From: an uncultured virus (IMG/VR IMGVR_UViG_2867919565_000004)
Lineage: Duplodnaviria; Heunggongvirae; Uroviricota; Caudoviricetes
DNA: 64,000 nucleotides
IMG/VR virus record: IMGVR_UViG_2867919565_000004
Location: 1 to 64,000 of that record
Reading direction: 5' to 3' (one strand)
Positions 19,973 through 30,300 of the stretch are shown here, one piece after another; positions within the stretch are counted from its first letter, which is position 1; every line of letters starts with the position of its first letter. A program made the position numbers and the translations under genes. A model generated the notes under the pieces. It was not told the origin of the DNA. It saw only the letters and a program-made list of their open reading frames with translations, and ran no database searches.

Positions 19973-20425
19973 TTATTCACCTCCTTGTAAAAGATGTTTC
20001 TTTACAAATTGAAGGAGTGTATCAACGTCTTTCGTAGTTGCCTTGTCATTGATCAAGAAGAAATCTGCCATAACATATTTTGAGTAGTCGCCACCGCCAT
20101 AATATTCATCTGCCACAATTACTTTTAATTGAATATTTTCGGTTATAGGAATCAAATAAACATCTGTTCCATCTGTAATTGGAAAGTCTAAAGAGTGCAT
20201 ATTAATTTTGTTTTCCATTATGTATTCGTTAATTGAATATAGGATTTCTTCCCCTTCATTTTCATCGAAGCTACCAGTATAGTCGGGGAGTTGTTTTCTA
20301 AAATAATCACTTAATTCATTGTTTAAATCGGTTCGCTTTCTTTCAATTTGACCTGTCATTCCAACCATTAAGCCTTGTTCTTCAGCTTCTCGGACAATAG
20401 TCCAGTCTGCTTTTTTGAGCTTCAT
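19973..20425 (-). CDS. Hypothetical protein
   Basis: AAGGGGG RBS before MKLKKADW. Confidence 0.65.
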   Translation of the reverse strand: MKLKKADWTIVREAEEQGLMVGMTGQIERKRTDLNNELSDYFRKQLPDYTGSFDENEGEEILYSINEYIMENKINMHSLDFPITDGTDVYLIPITENIQLKVIVADEYYGGGDYSKYVMADFFLINDKATTKDVDTLLQFVKKHLLQGGE

Positions 20426-20441
20426 TTTAGTTGCCCCCTTC

Positions 20442-20621
20442 TCACATTTCATTAAATGCTGTTATTGCCACCAACAGTTGCTTTGTCTCAACTTCTGCCA
20501 TTTGATCGCCAATTTGCACCTTTACCCATGTATCTGGATAATCAATACTCTTAGTTGCCAGGAGTTTCAGAGTTTTTCTGTTTACTCCTCTTAATGTGAA
20601 TTCGGATGTAATGTCTCTCAT
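20442..20621 (-). CDS. Hypothetical protein, 59 aa
   Basis: MRDITSEFTLRG...; AAAGGAG RBS. Confidence 0.6.
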   Translation of the reverse strand: MRDITSEFTLRGVNRKTLKLLATKSIDYPDTWVKVQIGDQMAEVETKQLLVAITAFNEM

Positions 20622-20652
20622 GGTTTTCTCCTTTCTTTATAAAAATTGAATT

Positions 20653-21123
20653 TTAATCTAAATGTTCCATTACAATTTTTAGATAATCCTTATAGTCAAT
20701 AGCAACCACATTGTCTCCTTTGACAAGTCGTTCACTTTTAACTCCAAAGAACCATCTGTCGTCTATCCACTGACGACCAGTCATATTATTTAAACCAAGT
20801 TCATCATGAGACCTGAAAGGACTCACCTTTTCAATTTGCTCAATCATAGCTTTTATTTCTTTAAAATGCTTAGATCGTTTTTTGATAGCGTAAAATCCGT
20901 CTTCTGGATTTTTAACAATGTCATTTTTAAATACTTCATATGCTTCAGTTCCTTCATAGACTCCGAAATATTCAGAGTGATAAAACGAGAAACCTTCCTC
21001 GACGCCATACTTTTCTTTAAACTTGTCGAAGAAAGTGTTAATGCCCTCTTTTCGTTTCTTCTCTGCTTTATACCAATCGCTCTCCTGTTTAACTTCATAA
21101 ATCGGTGCATTTAAGGTTTGCAT
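20653..21123 (-). CDS. Hypothetical protein
   Basis: GAGGAG RBS before MQTLNAP; alternative start 21222. Confidence 0.65.
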   Translation of the reverse strand: MQTLNAPIYEVKQESDWYKAEKKRKEGINTFFDKFKEKYGVEEGFSFYHSEYFGVYEGTEAYEVFKNDIVKNPEDGFYAIKKRSKHFKEIKAMIEQIEKVSPFRSHDELGLNNMTGRQWIDDRWFFGVKSERLVKGDNVVAIDYKDYLKIVMEHLD

Positions 21124-21218
21124 ACTCCCACTCCTCATTATTTGTTTTGATTTGTCGTATACTGCGCTTGCCCGGGAAATTATGAATATTTCCTTCTGAC
21201 TATTTCCCTTCACATTGT

Positions 21219-21389
21219 TCATATCACTGTAAGAATAACTCCAAGAATGAGTGAACATCCTCCGATTAAGAAAACCGTAAGATAAAATGGTTTGCCTTCT
21301 TTAAAGTTCTTATTCTCAACCAAACATGCCATTCCATTGCCTAAGAATATTGAACCGAATAAGATCAGACCCAGTACTAAATATGAAAT
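21219..21389 (-). CDS. Small 2-TM membrane protein, ATT start
   Basis: (M)SYLVLGLILFGSIFLG...LILGVILTVI; GAGG RBS. Confidence 0.5.
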   Translation of the reverse strand: MSYLVLGLILFGSIFLGNGMACLVENKNFKEGKPFYLTVFLIGGCSLILGVILTVI

Positions 21390-21434
21390 TTCATCGCCTC
21401 AATTCTCGATAAAAGGAATATTTTATTTTTACCC

Positions 21435-21620
21435 TTAAAATAACTGCAAGTAATCCAATGTCTTTTCTAATTTCATGTCTTTGCAATTCTCAATGCATTC
21501 TTTCTTGATTGCTTCTCCGCATTCTTTATGTACCGGGAATTCCTTGTATTCTTTGTTGTCAGTTATTCTTATGTAATAAACGATGTCGCCAATGTGATCC
21601 CTGCATTTAACACACTCCAA
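21435..21620 (-). CDS. Small Zn-finger-like protein
   Basis: CxxC...HxxC. Confidence 0.65.
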   Translation of the reverse strand: MECVKCRDHIGDIVYYIRITDNKEYKEFPVHKECGEAIKKECIENCKDMKLEKTLDYLQLF

Positions 21621-21709
21621 TGCATCACCTCGCTTCCTATATTTCTAATATACTCGCTTTCTCCTGAACAATCAATAACTATTTTATTTTTACTCTTAAT
21701 ATTTTTTAA

Positions 21710-21734
21710 AAAGTAGGAGAGTTTCCTCCCCTAC
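21710..21734 (-). terminator. Intrinsic terminator after bacteriocin-like operon
   Basis: GTAGGGGAG-GAAA-CTCTCCTAC-TTTTT on minus strand. Confidence 0.75.
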
Positions 21735-21752
21735 AGTACAATAAGGCTGCTG

Positions 21753-21917
21753 CTAATGGTTTTGAGTTCGTTTATGAAATACACGAGCAATTATTGCTGC
21801 TATGAAGAATAAGGCAAACAATCCAAAAGCCATTGATCCATTCTTTAAAATTATCCCAAAGATCAACAAAGCGCAACCAGACAAAATAAATAGTATTTTA
21901 CTTAAGATATTGATCAT
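21753..21917 (-). CDS. 54-aa 2-TM protein, putative immunity protein
   Basis: MINILSKILFILSGCALLIFGIILKNGSMAFGLFALFFIAAIIARVFHKRTQNH; ATGA-coupled. Confidence 0.65.
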   Translation of the reverse strand: MINILSKILFILSGCALLIFGIILKNGSMAFGLFALFFIAAIIARVFHKRTQNH

Positions 21918-22672
21918 TTACACTTCTCCATACAATCAAAGAATGCATTTACACCAATAATACCAGCAGAATTTACACAAGCATAGCAAGCAGTCCCCGC
22001 TGTTGCTGGAACACCAGCTGTGCATGAAACTCCACATAAAATAGCTAAACCGGTAATTGCCCATTGACTAATATTCTTATCACCTAAGCAATCTGATACG
22101 CATCCAGTCCAACTCTTCTGAGCACTCATCATGTTAGACGTACTTCCTTTGTCCTCTGAAGTTTGTTTTGTTTCAAAGACCCCAGACTTGTCCTCATCCT
22201 TAACACCATTAACCCAATAATTCATTTCGTTTTGAGTGCTGCTGATTTTCTTCATGTCAACTTCATAGTATTCTTCAATATTCATATCGCTATCAAACGA
22301 AACATTAAATGAACTGACTCTGTCTACTTTTTCAGTGTCTACGTATAAATAAGAAACTGAATAAGTCACTGTGCCATCATCATACTTAATAGCTCTAACT
22401 GATGCATTATCAAATACCTTTTCGTTTGATTTATGATACTTAATGTCTCCATCTTCAATTGCTTTTTCTGCCTTGGAAAGAAGTTTTTCCTTAGTCTTTT
22501 TACTCACATCAATAGTGTGATCTGCAATAAATTCTGCCTCGGATTTTACTTTATCCTTGTCGACATTATCTGTTGAGATTGTGCTCTTTGCATCACTGTT
22601 CGGAGGAAATGTTGAAAAGGCCAGGACAAATACGGCAACTAGTGCTAAGATCGTTCGATAAAAATTGTTCAT
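21914..22672 (-). CDS. Secreted precursor with C-terminal 8-Cys hydrophobic domain (halocin C8-like bacteriocin candidate)
   Basis: Sec signal peptide, acidic pro-region, CxxxC-CxxxC-CxxC-CxxxC tail. Confidence 0.65.
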   Translation of the reverse strand: MNNFYRTILALVAVFVLAFSTFPPNSDAKSTISTDNVDKDKVKSEAEFIADHTIDVSKKTKEKLLSKAEKAIEDGDIKYHKSNEKVFDNASVRAIKYDDGTVTYSVSYLYVDTEKVDRVSSFNVSFDSDMNIEEYYEVDMKKISSTQNEMNYWVNGVKDEDKSGVFETKQTSEDKGSTSNMMSAQKSWTGCVSDCLGDKNISQWAITGLAILCGVSCTAGVPATAGTACYACVNSAGIIGVNAFFDCMEKCK

Positions 22673-22858
22673 TAAAATATCCCCTTTGTAAAAATATAAT
22701 CCTCATCTGGCACCAATACTTACCAAACAAACAATCTCATAAATCACCTTCTTTCTTTATAAATGCTACCAATCATATAAATAATTGTTAAGAAATACTG
22801 ATGATTTTGAATATTAAGTAACACAGATGTCCTTATATCAAGGGGATATTGCTCACCT

Positions 22859-23056
22859 TTATAAACAACTTATGTAATTTTGTAATTCCTTAGATTTAGT
22901 AAAAATCTCACCGAATTTTTTGTCTATAGTTTTCCATTGTCTTTCAGATGTTGACGGCAACTCATTTTCAAGATAAATGAACAACTCATCAACTCTGCTA
23001 CTAAGTTGATCTATATTTTGCACAAGTGTTTCTTTTATTGGATCAGATATGCGCAC
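22859..23056 (-). CDS. Hypothetical protein
   Basis: GGGAGG RBS. Confidence 0.6.
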   Translation of the reverse strand: MRISDPIKETLVQNIDQLSSRVDELFIYLENELPSTSERQWKTIDKKFGEIFTKSKELQNYISCL

Positions 23057-23068
23057 GGACGTCCTCCC

Positions 23069-23296
23069 TTATGAAAAGATAATTACCGCCTTGCTGTTGT
23101 TATTTTTTATGTATGGAGCATATTTTCGTTCAAGATAATTCCTTGACTTTCCTTCTCCCAGACTCACATTATAAATATCTCTTACTTTATGTACTTCATA
23201 TGCTTGTTCTTTTGCCTGTTCAGGTGATAGCGCCTCAATTATCAAAGACGTATTTTCGTCTTTGTGATCTTTACATCTAACATAGTACCTTTTCAA
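23069..23296 (-). CDS. Hypothetical protein
   Basis: AAGGGA RBS. Confidence 0.6.
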   Translation of the reverse strand: MKRYYVRCKDHKDENTSLIIEALSPEQAKEQAYEVHKVRDIYNVSLGEGKSRNYLERKYAPYIKNNNSKAVIIFS

Positions 23297-23333
23297 TAAA
23301 CATCCCTTTATCCTTTCATTTTATCCTGTTGTA

Positions 23334-23561
23334 TTAATCCTCTTTTAGGTAAGTCTTAAAAAACTCATCTAGGTTTGCAGCAATCGCTCCAGCAACTTCT
23401 GCAAAATGAGCATGACTCTTTTCTTGAGACCTTAAAAACTCAATTGCAGACTTAGCAATGGCTTTTATTTTCCCCTCATCTAATTTACCGCTTCTTACTT
23501 CGTCTTTAATTTTTTCGGCTTCCTCTTTTAAGCTTTCTGGATAGTTCCCCACAGGATTCAC
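23334..23561 (-). CDS. Hypothetical protein
   Basis: ORF track. Confidence 0.55.
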   Translation of the reverse strand: MNPVGNYPESLKEEAEKIKDEVRSGKLDEGKIKAIAKSAIEFLRSQEKSHAHFAEVAGAIAANLDEFFKTYLKED

Positions 23562-23598
23562 CTCTTATATTTTATTTTTACTCTTTAAAAGACAAATT

Positions 23599-24384
23599 TT
23601 ATACAGTTTGTAATACTTGCTGCTCATGCTCCTTAATCCATTCTAATGAACGTCCATAATATTGATCAGGATTGTCTTTATTCCATTCAAAACAAATGTA
23701 ATTCCTATTTGTGTTTATACAGGCAATCGCTGCAGTACCAGCTCCACTGCAATTATCTAAAACAGTGTCACCTTCATTTGAATATGTTTTAATAATTTTT
23801 TCGTAAAGCTCTACGGGTTTTTGAGTTGGGTGAAACTTTCTGGGATCATCGTTATTCATTACAGGTATTCTCCAAACACTTGTTGGGTATCTATCAGTTT
23901 GTCCACCACCTGATATTCCTGATTTTGTTTCTCCGTAGTTTGTTCCATCACTCGTGTGCTTTGTATATGTATTTGCTGGCTTATGCCCAGTTGTTTTCTG
24001 TGGATTATAAGTCGGTAATTTTTTATAGAAAACTAATATTTCCTCATGTGATCTCAATGGCATTTTTTTAGCATTCAAAAAACCAGTGCTTTTATTTTTC
24101 TCCCAAATGATATCGTATCTGTACATCTTTGGGTTGCTCGCAATAAGCAATGAAGAAAAAGGTTTTACAGCTGTTAAAACAATTGCGCCATTGTCTTTAA
24201 TAACCCTTTTGTATTGTTTCCATAGCTCATCCAAAGGCAAAATTTCATCCCACTTATTTTGATTTGTTACACCATATGGTAGATCGCATACAATCAAATC
24301 AATTGATTTATCTGGAACACGATTCATTCCTTTATCGTGTTCATTACTTAAACAATTTTCATTGAATAGCTTGTTCAACTCCAA
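23599..24384 (-). CDS. Beta-class N4/N6 DNA methyltransferase
   Basis: DLPY motif IV, HPTQKP, VLDNCSGAGT motif I. Confidence 0.88.
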   Translation of the reverse strand: MELNKLFNENCLSNEHDKGMNRVPDKSIDLIVCDLPYGVTNQNKWDEILPLDELWKQYKRVIKDNGAIVLTAVKPFSSLLIASNPKMYRYDIIWEKNKSTGFLNAKKMPLRSHEEILVFYKKLPTYNPQKTTGHKPANTYTKHTSDGTNYGETKSGISGGGQTDRYPTSVWRIPVMNNDDPRKFHPTQKPVELYEKIIKTYSNEGDTVLDNCSGAGTAAIACINTNRNYICFEWNKDNPDQYYGRSLEWIKEHEQQVLQTV

Positions 24385-24419
24385 TAATTCAACTCCTTTT
24401 TCTCTTTAAAATTGATCTT

Positions 24420-25223
24420 TTATTTAATTGTTATGTAATCCTTTAATCGTTCATTTGCAATATCACAATACTCTTTACTAATCTCTGTCCCTATGTATTT
24501 GCGATTATTTAAAGCTGCCATCTTTGCCGTAGTACCGCTCCCCATGAATGGGTCAAATACAATGTCTCCTTCATTTGACCAAGAAAGAATGTGATCTTCT
24601 GCTAACCTTTCTGGAAAAATTGCCGGATGCTCAAATGCTATTTTGTCTAGTGTTGATTTTTGATGACCGTTCGGTATCCTCCAAATGTTGAACCTCACAC
24701 CGAACTCTTTCAGTAAGTTCTGCTTATGATGTCTTACTTTTTCGCCGTCCATTTTTCTATAATGCCCTTTTATATGTTTCTTGCCGTTGTACCATTTATT
24801 TTTCCTGTCTGCTATTAGATTGATTGTCTTTGGTTTGCCTTTCGAAAAAATAAACATGTACTCAAAAATCTGATAATATCTATTCTTATCTGGAAAGCTG
24901 ATACTGTCTTTTTCATAAATCATTGTGTCATGCAGGTTAAAGCCCAATTCTTTAAAGTATAAAGCTTGTCTAAAACTTGACCCTGTTTCGGAACCTTTAT
25001 GTGTTTTATCCCCTACTACCCAAACAACGACTCCGCCTTCTTTTGTCACCCTATACAATTCTCGGGCTGTTTCCTCAAAGTTAAATGAATATCCGTTGTA
25101 ATTTCTTAAGTCATCATAAGGAGGAGAAGTCACTGTTAAGTCGATAGTGCAATCGCCAATATTCTCTTTCATAAACTGAATGCAATCATTATTATGTATT
25201 TTGTATAAATTCTCTCCGTTTAT
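24420..25223 (-). CDS. bamHIIM: N4-cytosine methyltransferase, M.BamHII-like
   Basis: TSPPY, HPAIFP, DPFMGSGTT; closely resembles recalled M.BamHII of prophage H2; start uncertain (ATA 25223 or ATG 25172). Confidence 0.8.
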   Translation of the reverse strand: MNGENLYKIHNNDCIQFMKENIGDCTIDLTVTSPPYDDLRNYNGYSFNFEETARELYRVTKEGGVVVWVVGDKTHKGSETGSSFRQALYFKELGFNLHDTMIYEKDSISFPDKNRYYQIFEYMFIFSKGKPKTINLIADRKNKWYNGKKHIKGHYRKMDGEKVRHHKQNLLKEFGVRFNIWRIPNGHQKSTLDKIAFEHPAIFPERLAEDHILSWSNEGDIVFDPFMGSGTTAKMAALNNRKYIGTEISKEYCDIANERLKDYITIK

Positions 25224-25348
25224 ATCCAGCTCTCCCTTCTCTATAAAAGAGATATTTTAATCGGTTTCACAAACACTTCACACATTTCAAATTTTTTGCA
25301 TGTTAGACTATGGTTGTACTTACAATCAAAACCTAGGAGGTAATTCTT

Positions 25349-25696
25349 ATGAAAAAGTTTTACAAAGGCTTGATTGTTTCTGCTCTATCGCTTACAACAC
25401 TAGCTCTCCCTGCATTCACATCACAAGCTTCAGCCCTAACACCTGTCAAATCAGTTGACCAAGTTAAGCAGCTAGGCGATCCGCTCGGTACAGTTGATTA
25501 CCACATGCTTAGGAATTCTAACGTATCTCTATTAAAAGGTTACACCCGGTGGGAAATTGTTTCTGGAAGCAACCTTATTAGCATTAGTTCCAGTGGTGTT
25601 GTATCCTCTCATTCAACATTGGGCACAGCATTGGTTTACGCGTATGACATTAACGACAATTATGTAATTTTTAAAATTACAGTAGAAGCACGTTAG
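25349..25696 (+). CDS. Secreted protein with Ig-like C-terminal segment
   Basis: Signal peptide ending ASA; RWEIVSGSNLISISSSGVV; AGGAGG RBS. Confidence 0.7.
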   Translation: MKKFYKGLIVSALSLTTLALPAFTSQASALTPVKSVDQVKQLGDPLGTVDYHMLRNSNVSLLKGYTRWEIVSGSNLISISSSGVVSSHSTLGTALVYAYDINDNYVIFKITVEAR

Positions 25697-25734
25697 TTAC
25701 TGAGGAGTGTTAATTCACTCCTTCTCTCAATTTT

Positions 25735-26232
25735 TTACTCAAATAATTGAATCAAACCTTCTACGATCTCATCACTATTCCATTGTTCTGTATCCCACGA
25801 ATATGTATGTAATCCTACATCGCTCATTACTTCTCGGTATAACTCTAAGACCGGCTCAATGTCTCGATCATTTATGTATTCATCACCACGTTCAAGTAAA
25901 CGCTGCTTAATAACTTTCGGATCAGCATGTAAATAAACCACTTTTGCTTTATATCTAATCTTCTCCTCAATCTCCCTTTGCTGATCTTCCGTTAAGATTG
26001 AGTAATCCTTGAACTTTCTCGCATAAACCAAATTTGAATATATGTATCGATCAATAATTACATTGTCCTCATCGGCCAGTTTGTTGAAGTGTTCAAACAG
26101 CTTCTCATTACCGCTCTTAGCTAATTCAAAGCTGGATCCCTTTATGACCGGATATCCAAGTTCTTTGCTAAGCTTATCTGCCACTGTTGATTTGTAGCAG
26201 CAGTCAGTTCCTTCTAAAATTATCATCGTCAT
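25735..26232 (-). CDS. yorR: Nucleotide kinase
   Basis: ILEGTDCCYKST P-loop, IIDRY. Confidence 0.85.
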   Translation of the reverse strand: MTMIILEGTDCCYKSTVADKLSKELGYPVIKGSSFELAKSGNEKLFEHFNKLADEDNVIIDRYIYSNLVYARKFKDYSILTEDQQREIEEKIRYKAKVVYLHADPKVIKQRLLERGDEYINDRDIEPVLELYREVMSDVGLHTYSWDTEQWNSDEIVEGLIQLFE

Positions 26233-26387
26233 TTATCTTCCACCCTTCTCACATTGCTGAAGCCAATTACTCTATATGAGCCATCTGGATACTCAACTTC
26301 TAATTGCTCATGTCCTTTATCAACTTGTGCAACAACACCAATTTCTTCTGTGAAACCAGCAATCACCTTCTCTCCCTTTTTAAACAT
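26229..26387 (-). CDS. Small phage protein (YorQ position)
   Basis: MFKKGEKVIAGFTEEIG...; AAGGAGG RBS. Confidence 0.6.
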   Translation of the reverse strand: MFKKGEKVIAGFTEEIGVVAQVDKGHEQLEVEYPDGSYRVIGFSNVRRVEDK

Positions 26388-26391
26388 ACAA

Positions 26392-26595
26392 TTAACCTCC
26401 TTTAGCTGGATTTAATTCATGCTCCTTGAAGAATGTAATATCACCTGTTTCATCACTGACTGCGTAATCATATGTAGCAGAGTGAAGCAACTCAATAATT
26501 TTCCCTTCCCGTCCCACATGATGAGGACAAGCACTCTTTGCATTCTCATTTATGATAACTTTTAACCCTTCTGGATAAGACCAAAACTTAGGCAA
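26392..26595 (-). CDS. yorP: YorP-family protein
   Basis: MPKFWSYPEGLKVIIN...HVGREG. Confidence 0.75.
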   Translation of the reverse strand: MPKFWSYPEGLKVIINENAKSACPHHVGREGKIIELLHSATYDYAVSDETGDITFFKEHELNPAKGG

Positions 26596-26606
26596 TAAAC
26601 CGCCTC

Positions 26607-27314
26607 CTAACTAATAATTGAGATTGTCCCATTTTGCTTGCCAAAATTAATTGCGTCACGCTCGGTTGTTACGAGCAAGTCCACTTTATTTCCAACGATT
26701 GCGCCACCAGTATCAATTGCAATTGCTTTGAACGTTTCCCCACCAATGCTTATTTCAACAATTGAATTCAAGGGAATGACACTTGGATCGGTTGCAATAA
26801 CACGATACCCTTTGTAATAGATTGATTGAGTAACATCAACACCTGTTCTAGTTGTTCCTGTGCATCCTTCTTGGCAGTGTGCAATATAAGCACTCAGCTT
26901 AACCTGGATAGATTTCTTTGCGGCCAGTGCCTTGTTTTCTTTTCTTTGTTTGTATATTTTATTTTTACTCTTAAAAACTTTATGTTTTGCCGTCTCACCT
27001 CCTTTCACGTGCCTTTTCTTACTTTGCTTAGGTTTAATGAGTTTTGCTGAGACAACCTTCTCTGCATGCCTTTTTAATTGTTGTTCTTTGTTCGTTTGAG
27101 CTTTTTTAAATAACCGCAAGACAATATTCTCACTTGATGGTATCCTAATCTGTCTAGGCTTCTTATAAAATGATTCTTTTATTGAGTCTTCATTTCCCTC
27201 TGTTTTATGTAAATGCTGCTCATAACTTATGTAAGAAAAAGTGGTTAAGGGAATTAAAATCATCATACCATAAACAGATCTGAAAATGTGTGTTTTTATT
27301 TTATTTTTATTCAT
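26607..27314 (-). CDS. yorM: Membrane-anchored 3D-domain cell-wall protein
   Basis: IATDPSVIPL, AIDTGGAI, VDLL; N-terminal TM. Confidence 0.8.
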   Translation of the reverse strand: MNKNKIKTHIFRSVYGMMILIPLTTFSYISYEQHLHKTEGNEDSIKESFYKKPRQIRIPSSENIVLRLFKKAQTNKEQQLKRHAEKVVSAKLIKPKQSKKRHVKGGETAKHKVFKSKNKIYKQRKENKALAAKKSIQVKLSAYIAHCQEGCTGTTRTGVDVTQSIYYKGYRVIATDPSVIPLNSIVEISIGGETFKAIAIDTGGAIVGNKVDLLVTTERDAINFGKQNGTISIIS

Positions 27315-27340
27315 AAAATTTTTATTGATAATCCTGCCTC

Positions 27341-30300
27341 CTATGCCTCAGCTCTTTTGGTTGTTAGACTGATATTCCCTTTCCTGTCAACATGATCAAT
27401 TCTACAGACCGTGTGGCTATAGATGCTGTTCTTATATACTTTAGGAATAAAATTGTTGCCTCTTCTGAATCCAGTGAACATGAGCAAAGTTCCTCTGGTA
27501 TACCAAGACTTTTCAACAACCTCTTTCTTGCCGCCGGCGACAGGTCGAGAAATCTGTTTATTATAATGTCCAAAGCTACCTGCCCACTGTTTAACTGTTA
27601 CCACCCCTGTAGGTGTAAGGAGTGTGATGGTATGTTTGTTTTTATCCCTATCTAGTACGGTTCCTACAATCCGAGTTGTCTCATATTCATAGAGAGTTCT
27701 CCCTCTCCATTGATATGACTTCCCTTTAACCGGCTCTTCTGGTAGCTCATAAAAATCAACAATGTCATATTTAGCAAAGTTAACACCAGAAAGCTCATGA
27801 TCGGTATAATAATAGCTCAATGAATCCATTTCCCATTTGCCATATGTACCGCTAGCATATTTAACCCACTCATTATTGAGTAGTCTTCGATTTAAAAGAT
27901 TTAGAGCCTCTTCAGTTCCCAACCATTTTTTTAATGCAGTCACCTTTTTGTCATATTCTTTTTTAAATGCATTCTCTGAGATTATGAGATGTTCATTGTG
28001 AAAATCCACCACACAATTTTCATCAAAGTTTTGATTAAAGAACTTAGACGCTGCATCATCTAATAAATAAAGCTTATCTTTAGGTGATTCGATTGTCTTA
28101 AAGACTTTCTTTGAAATATATTCTTTAAATTTAAAGCACCTAACTTCTAAAGTAAATTGTTCAGGAATCAAATCGTTTTCTAACATCATACCTATATTTG
28201 CCATGGTTAATTTCTTTTTAGGTTCGGCAATTATTGTGATGTACTTTTTCATGATTTCTTTTCGGTCATCAAAGGTATCAAAGCAGCCTCCCTTAATCAA
28301 TTGTATTACTTGGCCTTTTTTGATTTTTCCTGTATAGAATAATTTATCAAGGAATTCTTCAAAGGATTCGTATGGCCTATTAGAAATTATTCGGTGAACT
28401 ATTTCATCTCCAATTCCATTCATGCCTTTCATTCCAAAGATAATTGAGTTATTTTGAATATCTGCTTTAAAACCGAAACCAGCTTTATTAACATCCGGTA
28501 AATCAACCTTTATACCTCGATGGCGTATGCTTCCTATAGCCGAAGCAACTTTCCCATAGTCGGTTTTCTGAGTCTTCTTATTTCCATCTTTGTCTTCTGT
28601 TTCTTCGTCATTTTCAACACCCCCACTGTTAACTGTCAAACAGGCAGTATTCCAGTATAAAGGGTTATATCGATAGTTTAAGTTCAATTCCTGTAACGCA
28701 ATAATGGAATACGCTAAAGTATGAAGTAAACTGAAACTGTAGCCAAACTGTCTTTTAAATTGAACATTCCAAACATAATTCAAAAGGTTGTCTGACGCAC
28801 CAACTTCCTTCCCTTTTTTGAAGAATAAGACTTGAACTTCTTTTAATACATCTTCTTTTTTCTTTGCTATGGACTTTCTTAAGTAATTTGACTCCTTAAT
28901 ATCGAATCCGGCTATATCTTTATCCATTACCATTTGCATGACAACTTCTTGAGTATCAGCAACTCCATAAATGTCTTTTAAATATCGTTCAACCACCTTT
29001 ATCCCAGCATTGCTTAGGCCATAATTGCGCATTTCTTCATACCATAGTGACATATTGTTCTTATACTTTACATATGTGTCAACAGGTTGCTCTTCGCCAT
29101 CAGACATTAACCGCATTAAAGAGTTTGTGACTGCCGCCTCAAGCAGGCTTTTGGGTTTAACTTTAATCACGGATTGGTGGCCGACCTCGGTCGAAAACTG
29201 GAACAAGTCCATTACCTCTCCATTACCAGCCATTTCCCACAGCCTTGGATCTTCATATTCGATTACGTCTGGATGAATGTATTTCTTGTATGTTTCCTTT
29301 AAGTTTCCTTGCCATTCAATTTCTTTGTTCTCGATTAATTGGTCTAAGGTTACTCGAATCTTGTCTAAAGCCTCAATGGTAAGAAGATCAAACTTTACCG
29401 AGCCCATGGCTTCACTATCACCCATATTAAACTGTGTAATAAAAGCTCCTTTAGGAGATTTCATCATTGCATTCGACTTCGTATATTCATTGTTAAAGAT
29501 AATAACTCCAGCTGCGTGAGAAGACCGTTTATTAGTTAACCCTTCAATTTTCAGAGCTGTTTCTTTAAGATTGGGGTATTGTTCAACCTCTCTAATAAAC
29601 TCTTTCATTGGTTTTCTGTTAGTTTCTTTGTCACCATAAAAACAATGCGTTAAAGGCCAGTTAGACCCTCTTTCATAAGGAATCATCCCACTTAAATATT
29701 CAGATATATCGTTATCTATCCCTAAGCCTCTACATGCTGTCTTAAGCGCTGATTTTGAGCCCTCAGTTCCAAAAGTAGCAATTTGAAGAACACGTTTATC
29801 TCCAAATCTTTTTCTAAGTGCCTTAAGAATTTTTTGTCTTTTTGATCCTTCAGTATCAATATCGATATCTGGAAGATCAGGTCTAGATTTATGTATATGT
29901 CTCCAATGTGGTAAATCATATTGCATTGGATTAAATTGAGTGTTGTCGAGTAAATAGTTAACGAGATATCCTGCCGCACTTCCCCTGGCTGCCCCAACTA
30001 AACTATCTCCACCACACTCATCATCCCAAATAATATTAATTATTTCTCTGACTGTAATGTAATAAGAAGGCATGGACTGATTTAGCTTTTGGCTGATTTC
30101 CCAAAGCTCTCCTAGCTCAACATCAATCCTTTTTAATATTTTGTGAAATGCTTCCTTTGTTAGTTCTTTTGTTTTCAGCTTATCATCAAAGCCATCTTCA
30201 ATTAATTTCAAGAGATATCTGTCCTGTTCATCTTTTGATTCAGACATCTTCTTTATGTAATCGTACTCATTATATGCTGGTTTAAATAAATGCCTTAATT

